NCBI GenBank assembly: GCA_019352195.1 | Contig: JACAFG010000003.1 | Coordinates: 956-64,955 of the forward strand | Direction of reading: 5' to 3' | DNA: 64,000 nt | DNA from: Candidatus Saccharimonadota bacterium | Lineage (GTDB): Bacteria; Patescibacteriota; Saccharimonadia; UBA4664 | Shown: piece by piece, positions 49,824 to 58,778 of the stretch | Position numbering within the stretch: the stretch's first letter is position 1 | Layout of the letters: each line of letters opens with the position of its first letter | Program-made: the position numbers and the translations under genes | Notes under the pieces: model-generated | Databases searched by the model: none | What the model was told of the DNA's origin: nothing | Seen by the model: the letters and a program-made list of their open reading frames with translations, nothing else

Positions 49824-50304
49824 CGGGCAGCCCCAATCGAACTGCTCGTCGACCTTCGGTGTCTTGCCGTTTTTGATGCCGGTAATCCAGTGCAGAGGCC
49901 AGCGTGAGCAAGCTAAAAGCCGGGTAGATCAGCCAGAACGGCCAACTGAAGTTGGACCCGATCAGTGCGGTAAGCACTGTCACCAGGAAGACTGGCACGG
50001 TAAAGCGGCCGCCGTTTGGCAAGATCTGGAATAGCCAGGTGAGAAAACCCATTCCGCAGCTTGCGACGAGCGTGTAACCGACAATGAGCAGGAGTGCTGA
50101 TCTGGTTGCAATCGGATCTCTACTGATTGTCGAGCCAATCAGACCAGCGAAACCTCCCAGAACCAGACCCGTCAGTAGAGCGTTTCGCAGTTCGGTGCGA
50201 TTTTGACGTTTGCGTTCGGCCGCCGCCGCTCGCATAGAGCTGTCGTACTGCACGTCCGGCGTATTCAGGCCGGTTCTGGCATGGTGATCGTAAAGTTCGG
50301 GCAT
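49816..50304 (-). CDS. membrane protein (162 aa, about 4 TM)
   Basis: Hydrophobic. Confidence 0.4.
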   Translation of the reverse strand: MPELYDHHARTGLNTPDVQYDSSMRAAAAERKRQNRTELRNALLTGLVLGGFAGLIGSTISRDPIATRSALLLIVGYTLVASCGMGFLTWLFQILPNGGRFTVPVFLVTVLTALIGSNFSWPFWLIYPAFSLLTLASALDYRHQKRQDTEGRRAVRLGLPDD

Positions 50305-50307
50305 CGG

Positions 50308-50709
50308 TTAGCCTCTCAGACTCGAAGTGAACTGGGAACGGACTTCGGCGTTGTGGCGCATGCCAGCTCGCCGATCGAGATAGCAACCCATCAGCACCAA
50401 AGCGATGATGGCGCTGTAGAGCCAGCTGGTAGCCGGCAACATCTGAATGATGAGGGCAAGGATCAAGCCGATGGCCAACGCCACTTGCAGTAGTAAACCG
50501 TCATTGTAGAGCTTGCGGCAGCCGAAGCCGACGATCTCAAACCCGAACGCAAAACCCACAGCAACCAGAGCTGCGGGCAGCCCGTAGGACGGATGGTGAT
50601 GGGTGGCGAAACCGGCGGTCCAAAACAACAGTCCGTAGAGCGCGCCCGTAACGACGTACGACAAGGCAAACAACACCGGGTTGGCAATTTTGGGGACATT
50701 ATGTGTCAT
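50308..50709 (-). CDS. membrane protein (133 aa, about 4 TM)
   Basis: Hydrophobic. Only 3 nt from the previous ORF. Confidence 0.4.
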   Translation of the reverse strand: MTHNVPKIANPVLFALSYVVTGALYGLLFWTAGFATHHHPSYGLPAALVAVGFAFGFEIVGFGCRKLYNDGLLLQVALAIGLILALIIQMLPATSWLYSAIIALVLMGCYLDRRAGMRHNAEVRSQFTSSLRG

Positions 50710-50950
50710 GTTCTATGCCATTCTTGAGGGCGGCAGGTAGCCGCAGCAGATGAAACAGCGTCAATCATACGATACTATATTTCAGTGTTTTGTCAATGAA
50801 TCGTGCCTTTTCTTTGCCGATGCCAAAACCACCACAAGCACTCACCTATCTGTTAAATATTGGGGTTAGTCACCTGATAAATTTGGTATATCTGGCGGTG
50901 ATGCCAACTACGACTCACGGTAAGATACGCCGGTAACCAAGGAGGTCCAC

Positions 50951-51187
50951 ATGGCAAATACGAAGACATCAGACGGTCGCGGTAATTTTGGCGATCCCGA
51001 AGAGCACGCGCGAGCGGGCAAAGCGGGTGGTGAGGCTACAGCCAAAAATCACGATAAGACTTTTTACGAAGAAATTGGCCGTGAAGGCGGCAATGCCTCG
51101 TCTGGCTCGTTTGAAAAAGGCGATCAGCGCGCCGTCGACGCTGGCCGCAAAGGTGGCAAAAACTCATCGGGTAATAGCAACTCCTAG
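50951..51187 (+). CDS. KGG-repeat general stress protein (YciG/GsiB-like)
   Basis: GRKGGKNSSGN and GREGGNASSG KGG-type repeats. Strong RBS AAGGAGG. Confidence 0.6.
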   Translation: MANTKTSDGRGNFGDPEEHARAGKAGGEATAKNHDKTFYEEIGREGGNASSGSFEKGDQRAVDAGRKGGKNSSGNSNS

Positions 51188-51260
51188 ATCCTGCCTGAAA
51201 TTCCACAGCCAAACGGTCGACTCCGCGAGAGTCGGCCGTTTGATTATGATCGCTGGCGCG

Positions 51261-51824
51261 CTAAACTGAGCGATCGTTGCCCAGCGTTGTATGGATGTCG
51301 CCTTCCGATACGCCTGGGTCGCGGCCACTTAGGCCCAAAATCTTAGCCGATACGTCGGCGTCATCTGAAACTGGTACGACGGGACCAACCGCATCGGAGT
51401 TGGCCAGTTGGTATGCCCGTGGCAGCATAAAGTCATAGGCAAACTGCACTACTTTGGGGTCCATCACTTGGCTGCGGCCAAGTGCGCCGTTGAGATCCCA
51501 TAAGTGCAGCAAACGGTCGCCCGTCTGCGCCGCTAGACTGGTCGCCATAGTCTCGTCGGCAGTTTCGGCTAGTTCTTCGGCGGCTTCGGCAATTTCAGTC
51601 CAGCGCTCGGCGGGCTCTTCGCCCAGCACGTCGGTACCTGGTTCCGCTGTCATGTGCGCGCCTTCGGTGAGGGACAAATTATTGAGCGCCACGTGGTTTA
51701 CGAGCTCGCGCACACTCCAATCAGGCGTGCTGGGGACCATCTCTTCCCATTGTTCATCATCAATCATATTTACCGCATCGGTAAAAGCCTGATCGGCTCG
51801 TAAAAACATTTCCGCTTCGCGCAT
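51261..51824 (-). CDS. DinB_2 / mycothiol-maleylpyruvate-isomerase N-terminal-domain (TIGR03086-like) protein
   Basis: WSVRELVNHVALNNL... LLHLWDLNGALG... The four-helix DinB-like N-domain is typical of actinobacterial TIGR03086 proteins. Assigned from memory of the family. Confidence 0.45.
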   Translation of the reverse strand: MREAEMFLRADQAFTDAVNMIDDEQWEEMVPSTPDWSVRELVNHVALNNLSLTEGAHMTAEPGTDVLGEEPAERWTEIAEAAEELAETADETMATSLAAQTGDRLLHLWDLNGALGRSQVMDPKVVQFAYDFMLPRAYQLANSDAVGPVVPVSDDADVSAKILGLSGRDPGVSEGDIHTTLGNDRSV

Positions 51825-52505
51825 AACAGTCCTTTGGTTAGGCCTTAATCGTAGCTTTCTAGGCGCTTACTAGCTTTGTGAAGAGTTACAAGTTTTGAAC
51901 TCACTGGTCGCTTGGATATGCGTCTCTAGCTCTTATTTCCTGAGCGGGTTATCATTCGCTGATGAGGACTTGGAACAAACTTGGTTTGGGATCGTCTGGC
52001 GATTCTGGCACCGAGCCCAGCGACAGCGCCGCGCCGGCCGAAGATATGAGCCGGTCGCACGAAGTGATTCACGATTCTAGCGGCGACGCCTACTGGGAAC
52101 AATTTGAGTCGGCCATTGAGCATCTAAGCGCCAAAGAATTAAACGACCTCAATTACCGCTTGGGAGCCGGCGTGGCTGACTTTTCAAACTGGCACGACTA
52201 TGTCGACGTGTTTTGTAAGTACGAGTGGTATCAGTTTTGCGAGGCTTATCATTGGGCGACTGGGACGAGTTTTAGTTTGGAAAGCTGACGGATTTATCTT
52301 CCGGCCATATTTTATCAAACATTAGCCACGAGCCTATTTATGGCCCTTGGTCTGACTCGGTAAAAACGGTCGAGGCGCACTCGCCACTGATATTTGTGAC
52401 CCGCTTTCTGGTCGAGCTAGATGGCGACAACAGCCCAACTAACCATAGCTGTCAGGCTAAGTTGACGTAAAAAGCCATATGAAGCCTTACATGGACCGCG
52501 ATTTC

Positions 52506-52531
52506 AAAAACCCCGCTCTCGCGGGGTTTTT
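52506..52531 (-). terminator. rho-independent terminator after rpsJ (ccccgctctcgcgggg + U-run)
   Basis: Perfect 6-bp GC stem flanked by A5 and T5. Confidence 0.6.
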
Positions 52532-52537
52532 GGTCGA

Positions 52538-52873
52538 CTACATCTTAATTTCGATGTCCACACCTGCGGGCAGGTTGAGGTTCATCAGGGCATCGATGGT
52601 CTTGGGGGTGGGCTCGGTGATGTCGATGAGGCGCTTGTGAGTGCGCATCTCAAACTGTTCACGAGCGGTTTTGTAGACGTGTGGGCTACGCAATACCGTG
52701 GTGACGGTGCGGTCGGTGGGCAGCGGGATGGGGCCTGCAACAACGGCGCCGGTACGGATAGCGGTGTCGATGATTTGCTTGGCGCTTTGGTCGATTACTT
52801 TCGAATCGTAAGCCTTAAGACGGATACGAATGCGTTGCTTCTCGGGGGTTGCGGGGGTGGTGGCTGCGGCCAT
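52538..52873 (-). CDS. rpsJ: 30S ribosomal protein S10 (orphan, with 12-aa N-terminal extension)
   Basis: [73 protein letters not shown]... Confidence 0.9.
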   Translation of the reverse strand: MAAATTPATPEKQRIRIRLKAYDSKVIDQSAKQIIDTAIRTGAVVAGPIPLPTDRTVTTVLRSPHVYKTAREQFEMRTHKRLIDITEPTPKTIDALMNLNLPAGVDIEIKM

Positions 52874-53060
52874 GTGATGGAAACTCCTGGTGCTCTACCG
52901 TAATCTCTTCGCGGAGTGAAAAGGCGTACTGCCTGTGACCGGACGAGTTCTCGGTAGGTGATTTAGTATTACTGAGCGATATTATAACCGTGAAAAACCG
53001 GCTTTACAAGGCTAAGGGCCCCGCACTCGATAGAATGCAGGGCCCTGGGGGCCAGTTGGG

Positions 53061-53804
53061 TTAGGATGAAACGCGGTTGTCGGCCAGTACTTGGCCCATC
53101 ATATTGGGTGGCAGCAACGCGCAGATTTGCCAGCTGGTGGCCGTACCATCAAACTGGGACTCTACCGACAGCGCGTCGCCAAACAGGTGCTGCCAGCCGG
53201 ATTTGAGCTCGGCCTTGGCCGTTACCAGCGCCCGCAATCGGCCACTGGTGAGCTGGCGTAGGTTGGGCGATTCGCCGACGAACTCAATCCATACGCTCAG
53301 CTCGTCGTTGCCGTTGCAGATGGTGGTGTCTCGAACATAATGTTGTCGCCCCGGCCAAGCGTCATCGGCCTTCACCTTGGCACGGCCGACATTGGCCAGA
53401 AAATGCGACGCCAGCTCGGGATCGAGACCCAGCCCGGCAAACAGGTCGGTGACATCGGCGTCGTCTACCGCGATGGTGTCGTTGTAGCGTTTTACCTCGG
53501 CCGCCAGAGCCGCAAACATACCGCTGTGGAGTTGGCGATGTTCCCAATACCGCGCCATCATGTCCAAGTAATCCTGGGAGATGTCAGGTAATAGCACCGG
53601 TATTACTTTGTAGCCGGGGTAGCTGGAGGCGAGTGCTCGAAGACACCATTCGATACTATCCGCCAATGGTGGAGACCAATACGCGCCTGGTACATGTGGC
53701 AGAAGCCGAGGTGGCCAAACTCCAACGAGAAGGCCATTTGTAATTACCGGCCTAAAACGAATACTGCCTACCCGATGTGTCCGTAGTTCCCTTCGTACAG
53801 ACAT
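53061..53804 (-). CDS. hypothetical protein (247 aa), high-GC cargo
   Basis: No motif recognised. The start is uncertain; an internal ATG at MMARYWEHRQ would give 165 aa. Confidence 0.35.
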   Translation of the reverse strand: MSVRRELRTHRVGSIRFRPVITNGLLVGVWPPRLLPHVPGAYWSPPLADSIEWCLRALASSYPGYKVIPVLLPDISQDYLDMMARYWEHRQLHSGMFAALAAEVKRYNDTIAVDDADVTDLFAGLGLDPELASHFLANVGRAKVKADDAWPGRQHYVRDTTICNGNDELSVWIEFVGESPNLRQLTSGRLRALVTAKAELKSGWQHLFGDALSVESQFDGTATSWQICALLPPNMMGQVLADNRVSS

Positions 53805-53812
53805 GACCCACC

Positions 53813-54268
53813 ATGAAGTTTCTCGTATCAGATGTCGACACCGCCCGGCACGTGCTGGCGCTCGACCGACATCAGTCGCGCCACCCAGAGCTGTCGGCCG
53901 ATTTGGAGGCTGAATTCAAAGAGATGCGCCGGAAGTCGTCCGACAAGTACCTGCCCAAACGTCTGACCTATCTGGTGGACAGAGCCATCCAAAAGGCGGT
54001 CTTCAGCTACCGCCACGGACGCGACGCCAGTTTCGACATCGTGCTGGGCCGTTCCGACCGCAGTTACATCCGCGAGGTCGGTTGGGCCACCGACGAGCTC
54101 CACGTTCTGCTCGACCGCGATAGGCTCACGCTGAGGTTCGACTGGGACCTGGACGGCCTGCTCCGCGCTATCCGGGTGCAGCTGTTGCTTCCGACCGACG
54201 TACCCACCAATCTGACGGAGACCGTACTGGCCAGCCTATCGGCCAACGACGGCGGCGGCGACAGCTGA
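53813..54268 (+). CDS. hypothetical protein (151 aa), divergent from the previous gene
   Basis: ATG start. Only 8 bp separate the two divergent starts. Confidence 0.35.
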   Translation: MKFLVSDVDTARHVLALDRHQSRHPELSADLEAEFKEMRRKSSDKYLPKRLTYLVDRAIQKAVFSYRHGRDASFDIVLGRSDRSYIREVGWATDELHVLLDRDRLTLRFDWDLDGLLRAIRVQLLLPTDVPTNLTETVLASLSANDGGGDS

Positions 54269-54469
54269 ATCGCTACCCGGCGGAACCACCTTGTAAGAGG
54301 CTGGTTCCGCCGGGGATTTTGTCTTTTAGCATAAGTTCTAAAAAACTATTGACTCTAGACCTCGAAAGTTGTATTTTTTGATAGGTTTATACGCCTGAAG
54401 TTTGATGGCGGAACCACGCAGTACCTGCTGAGGCAATCCTTTGCAGACGTCCTAGAATAAGGACTGTAC

Positions 54470-55000
54470 ATGACCACCCTGGTAGCACCTGCCGGACGTA
54501 TGGCCAGCCTCACATCCGATAACAACGTTGTCATGTCGCACCGCCAAACGGCCGCCGCTCGGGCCGCCGCGCAGCAAGCTGCTCACCTCGAGCGTATCCG
54601 TGAGCATCTCCCCGAGATGATCACCCATGCGATCGAGCTCGCGCTTCAGCATGGTGACAGGCTGAACGCTGCCTGCGCCAAGCAGAAGCGTTCGGTCCCC
54701 ACCGCGCGCTGGCTGGCCTACAGTATCAATTTCGGCATGTTCCGCCAACTCACCCATCTCACGCTGTGTGAGGCCAAGACTGCCGAGCTCACCAAGATGG
54801 CGGCGGACATCGTCGTGGCCAGGGAGAAGGCCGACAAGGCGGCCAAGGTGGCCGACGACTCGGCCGTCGCCACCACCCCCGACAGGCTCACCGTGACCGT
54901 GTCGCGCACCGGCCTGTCGCTCACCGTCAGGTTCAGCCAGAAGTACCCGTCCAAGACCAACCAGGTCGCCACCAAGACCACAACCAAGACCTCCGCCTGA
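54470..55000 (+). CDS. hypothetical protein (176 aa; Ala/Lys-rich helical, Thr/Lys C-terminal tail)
   Basis: Preferred over the overlapping Gly-rich minus-strand ORF 54452..55213. Confidence 0.35.
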   Translation: MTTLVAPAGRMASLTSDNNVVMSHRQTAAARAAAQQAAHLERIREHLPEMITHAIELALQHGDRLNAACAKQKRSVPTARWLAYSINFGMFRQLTHLTLCEAKTAELTKMAADIVVAREKADKAAKVADDSAVATTPDRLTVTVSRTGLSLTVRFSQKYPSKTNQVATKTTTKTSA

Positions 55001-55127
55001 CCCATCCCATCTACCCTGATGGAGCCGCCTCAACCGAGATGGCTCCATCAGGAGTTTTGCTTTTATGGGGCTAAATAGCTTAAGGGCCCGCATCCGAGGT
55101 GGATGCGGGCCCTTTGAGGCAATGGGG

Positions 55128-55559
55128 TTATTCGCCCCAAGTAATGATGGCACACCACCCGGTTTCGAGGTTGGGGCCGTAGAACTTGATCCGGGCAACG
55201 GACACGTCGCCAAAGATGGCCTGCCACGTGTCGATATTTTCTTGACGAACCACTTCGCTCACGTATGTCACGTGATGTCCGAACGGCCGCGTGATCGTAA
55301 GTGCGGCATCTGCGCCGTGTTCCGGCAAGGCCGGAAATGGACAGGACATGAGGGAGGTGAGACGGCGCTGCTGAGCGCCAAATTCGACGGTGAGGCGCAC
55401 GGCCAAGGTGCATTCGTCTGCGGGGACGTAGCCTTCGGCGGGTTTGTGGCCGTTCATGCGCCACAAGATCTCGTCGATATCGGCGGTCACACCGTGGTAC
55501 GAAACCACATCGATGGTGCCAGTTGCCGGCGAGGCAACGACGGTTGATGTAGGGGTCAT
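55128..55559 (-). CDS. hypothetical acidic protein (143 aa)
   Basis: Overlaps the upstream gene by 4 nt (ATGA), which suggests a coupled pair. Confidence 0.4.
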   Translation of the reverse strand: MTPTSTVVASPATGTIDVVSYHGVTADIDEILWRMNGHKPAEGYVPADECTLAVRLTVEFGAQQRRLTSLMSCPFPALPEHGADAALTITRPFGHHVTYVSEVVRQENIDTWQAIFGDVSVARIKFYGPNLETGWCAIITWGE

Positions 55560-56035
55560 TTGGAGCCTTCCAGAGACGTAGGGGCATTGAGTCCGGTCGA
55601 CGGGTCGTCAGCCAGTGGCGGAAACAGTACAAACGTCTGCAGTTCGAGCTTGTCGGGGTCGTGCCCCACTTCAATGCGGTCGCAATCGCCAAACAGGCGG
55701 TTCCATCCAAAGATGTTGTGGCAGGTGCGGAGCCTTTCGATGAGCTCGGCGTCGTCGTCGATCTCGAGTTCGCCCGTGGCAATGGTGAGACTGGCCAAAA
55801 CAATCTGGCTGTCGGCGGCCAGGCGATATGGGGCCGAGAGCAAACCGGTGATCTTTTCACCGTCTACTTCGATGTCGACGGCCAACCAGTGCGACAAGTC
55901 GTCGGGGTCAAACGGGCGGGCTTCGCCCACACCGGCCAATACGTCGATGATGCACGTGACTTCTCGTTGCTGGGTTGGAATGCAGGCCCGGATGGCGAGT
56001 CGGCGGCGCTGTTGTTTAATAGTTGCTTCAGTCAT
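55556..56035 (-). CDS. hypothetical acidic protein (159 aa)
   Basis: The first gene of a two-gene unit downstream of the tuf terminator. Confidence 0.4.
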   Translation of the reverse strand: MTEATIKQQRRRLAIRACIPTQQREVTCIIDVLAGVGEARPFDPDDLSHWLAVDIEVDGEKITGLLSAPYRLAADSQIVLASLTIATGELEIDDDAELIERLRTCHNIFGWNRLFGDCDRIEVGHDPDKLELQTFVLFPPLADDPSTGLNAPTSLEGSK

Positions 56036-56100
56036 GACGGATCTTTCTGCCGGGAACGTTTGACTTGCTTATTAAATACTAATTTAGTATATTTTGCAAC

Positions 56101-56126
56101 AAAAAAGAGCCTTGCGGCTCTTTTTT
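56101..56126 (-). terminator. rho-independent terminator downstream of tuf (agagccttgcggctct flanked by A6/T6)
   Basis: Read directly from the sequence. Confidence 0.6.
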
Positions 56127-56258
56127 GTGTTCTAAAGAACTTTGTACGTGAGTGCAGTCCTTGGCAGATCGAGGATCGTAAGCGAGGCGTACTATATGGT
56201 ACGTCGAGCGCGAACCGGAAGATCTAACGACGGAATGTGCCAGGTACGAAGTTCGAAA

Positions 56259-57443
56259 CTACTTGAGGATCTTGGTAACAACACCGGCACCAACAGTACG
56301 GCCACCTTCGCGGATAGCAAAGCGCAGGCCCTCTTCCATGGCGATTGGAGCGATGAGCTCAACCTTCATAGAAATGTTGTCGCCAGGCATAACCATCTCT
56401 ACGCCTTCAGGCAAGATAACGGCACCGGTAACATCGGTTGTGCGGATGTAGAACTGTGGCTTGTAGCCCTTGAAGAATGGGGTGTGACGGCCGCCTTCAT
56501 CTTTTGAGAGCACGTAAACTTCAGCTTCAAAGTCAGTGTGAGGAGTGATTGAACCGGGCTTAGCCAAAACTTGGCCGCGCTCGATGTCGTCGCGCTCAAT
56601 ACCGCGGAGCAAAGCACCCACGTTGTCGCCAGCCTGAGCGTCTGGGAGCAACTTCTTGAACATTTCTACACCAGTAACGGTGGTGTTCTTAGTGGGGCGG
56701 ATGCCGACGATTTCAACAGGATCGTTGACTGAGACTTTTCCCTGCTCGATACGACCGGTAGCAACCGTACCACGGCCCTTGATCGAGAAGACGTCTTCGA
56801 TAGGCATGAGGAACGGTTTGTCGATTTCGCGCTTGGGTTCTGGGAAGTAGTCATCCATGGCCTGAACGAGTTCGAGGACAGACTTCTCGGCATCAGCGTC
56901 GCCTTCAACAGCCTTGAGAGCCGAGCCCTTGATGACCGGAACGTTATCGCCATCGTAGTCGTACTTCGAAAGTAGTTCGCGGATTTCCATCTCGACGAGT
57001 TCAGCGAGTTCTGGGTCGGCCATGTCCATCTTGTTCATGAAGACAATGATGTTCGGAACACCAACCTGCTTGGCGAGCACAACGTGCTCACGAGTCTGAG
57101 GCATCGGACCATCGGCAGCTGACACAACGAGCACGGCGCCGTCGATCTGGGCAGCACCCGTGATCATGTTCTTAACGTAGTCGGCGTGACCAGGCATGTC
57201 GACGTGAGCGTAGTGGCGCTTTGCGCTCTCGTACTCTTGGTGCGAGGTCGCGATGGTAATACCACGCTGGCGCTCTTCGGGAGCGTTGTCGATTTGGTCG
57301 TAGTTAACGGCCTTGTTGATGTCGGACGGGAGGTGCTTAGCCAGCACCATGGTGATAGCCGCGGTCAAAGTGGTCTTACCGTGGTCCACGTGGCCCATGG
57401 TACCAACGTTGAGGTGCGGTTTGTTGCGCTCAAATGTTGCCAT
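56259..57443 (-). CDS. tuf: elongation factor Tu
   Basis: [22 protein letters not shown]. 394 aa. Confidence 0.95.
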   Translation of the reverse strand: MATFERNKPHLNVGTMGHVDHGKTTLTAAITMVLAKHLPSDINKAVNYDQIDNAPEERQRGITIATSHQEYESAKRHYAHVDMPGHADYVKNMITGAAQIDGAVLVVSAADGPMPQTREHVVLAKQVGVPNIIVFMNKMDMADPELAELVEMEIRELLSKYDYDGDNVPVIKGSALKAVEGDADAEKSVLELVQAMDDYFPEPKREIDKPFLMPIEDVFSIKGRGTVATGRIEQGKVSVNDPVEIVGIRPTKNTTVTGVEMFKKLLPDAQAGDNVGALLRGIERDDIERGQVLAKPGSITPHTDFEAEVYVLSKDEGGRHTPFFKGYKPQFYIRTTDVTGAVILPEGVEMVMPGDNISMKVELIAPIAMEEGLRFAIREGGRTVGAGVVTKILK

Positions 57444-57691
57444 TTTAAAACTCCTTTAATTGTTCCAATCCAGATGGCTGATCGCAAACTGCGATGTGGC
57501 CTTCGAGCTGGCGGGCCAGCAATCTGCCTTGGAACGAACAGTTAATCTATAAGTTGCTCAAGCATAAAAAGATGCCCGAAAAGGACCCTCGTATTATACG
57601 GAAAACGACCGTGCTTTGTAAAGGGTTTGGGGCTTTAAAACGAAGAAGCCGCCGACAAAATGTCAGCGGCTGGTGAAATGATGGTCCGGGC

Positions 57692-57732
57692 GGCCCATCG
57701 AGTGTCCGGGGGGGGTAGACTCTCGATGGGCC
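57692..57732. repeat. 15-bp-stem hairpin (ggcccatcgagtgtc / gactctcgatgggcc, loop cggggggggta) in the fusA-tuf spacer
   Basis: Read directly; one mismatch in the stem. Confidence 0.5.
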
Positions 57733-57893
57733 GCTGGGCTAGCCAACATAGCCGCGGCGGTGGCGGTTGGACTAGCAGACGATACGAGTAGGACGTGCCA
57801 GGTGGATCGGTGGGATCCATGGGCACCTGTGTTCAGGTCCAGTCGTATCGTTGTGGGCTGCGCGTCGGAAGCGCAGCCGGCAGGGAAGTTTGT

Positions 57894-57936
57894 GGACCGG
57901 CTGCCTACAATTACGTAGGTTGCTGGCAGCCGGTCC
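57894..57936. repeat. REP-like 13-bp inverted repeat tggaccggctgcc ... ggcagccggtcca. The GGCAGCCGG core recurs at 57872, 58134 and, inverted, 58192
   Basis: Read directly from the sequence. Confidence 0.5.
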
Positions 57937-58778
57937 AGAGAAGGACGATCCAGCATGGACCGAACTTCTGGGGAGAGAAGCGGCCTGAGAGGCCGTCTAG
58001 CGCTTCGAGCAGGTGGGCGTCACCCGTGCGAAGGTGCAGCCAAAGGCCGCCTCTCTCACCCGATGGACGCAGCAGAGCCGGCATAGCTCAACTGTATCCG
58101 TTTGTGGGGCACTGGCATTTAAGCCAGAAGTCGGGCAGCCGGGTCGCATGAAACGGCCCATTCGAAAGTTAATTCGTGGCCCTCGGTGGAGCCCGGCTGC
58201 CTTATTTCAGAGAACAGTAGATCAGCCCAGCGCAATGCCGTTCCGCCACCTGACTAACGACGTCCAAAATCCAGCCCAGAACTGCTGGTTTGCCTGTGCG
58301 GGGAATTCGGGAGTATCGTCTCTCTGAAAAAGCCTAAGGTCTATTTACAAACGAGTGGTCAAAGTGCATTTCTACAAAACAATTTGGCTTTCGCTTACGT
58401 TGCTTTGTAATTTCTATAGTACTCCGCTCAATTTTGAGCGTCAACCAGTAAAACCACGGGTAATACTATGTATTTATTATACATTTTTTACACTTCTTTG
58501 TCAAGGTACGATTAATGCCTTGGCTAAGCTTAAATCGCCTATAACTCTCGTGCTTGCTTATCGTCGCAATTATCGCCTGGCCATATTAGTGAAAACACCC
58601 CAGACGCTTGTCTAGGGTGTTTTCACTAACTTCGGGTTGCCTCTCTATCCTTGTCCCCGGCTTTATCCGGCAAGCGTAACAAGACGACGAGGCGAAAGGG
58701 CTCAGGAGTTGCGCCGGCGAGATTGGCCTATCGACAGACAATACGGAGCGGACGAGAACCGTAGCAGGTCGGGTTAAG

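Noticed and set aside
54452-55860. Long minus-strand ORFs 54452..55213 (253 aa, Gly-rich) and 55063..55860 (265 aa, Arg/Pro/His-rich)
   Set aside because: Their low-complexity composition is typical of out-of-frame reading of high-GC coding DNA. They overlap more protein-like ORFs on the other strand or frame.
57640-58330. Possible RNase P RNA or tmRNA in the fusA-tuf spacer (a GCCGGGCUCC-like string resembles the RNase P P4 5' strand)
   Set aside because: The complementary CR-V/P4 3' strand lies only about 60 nt away, where about 280 nt is expected. No GGUAAGAGCGCACC (CR-II), no ACAGAA motif, and no tRNA-like 3' end or tag reading frame for tmRNA. Better explained as a simple GC-rich hairpin array.
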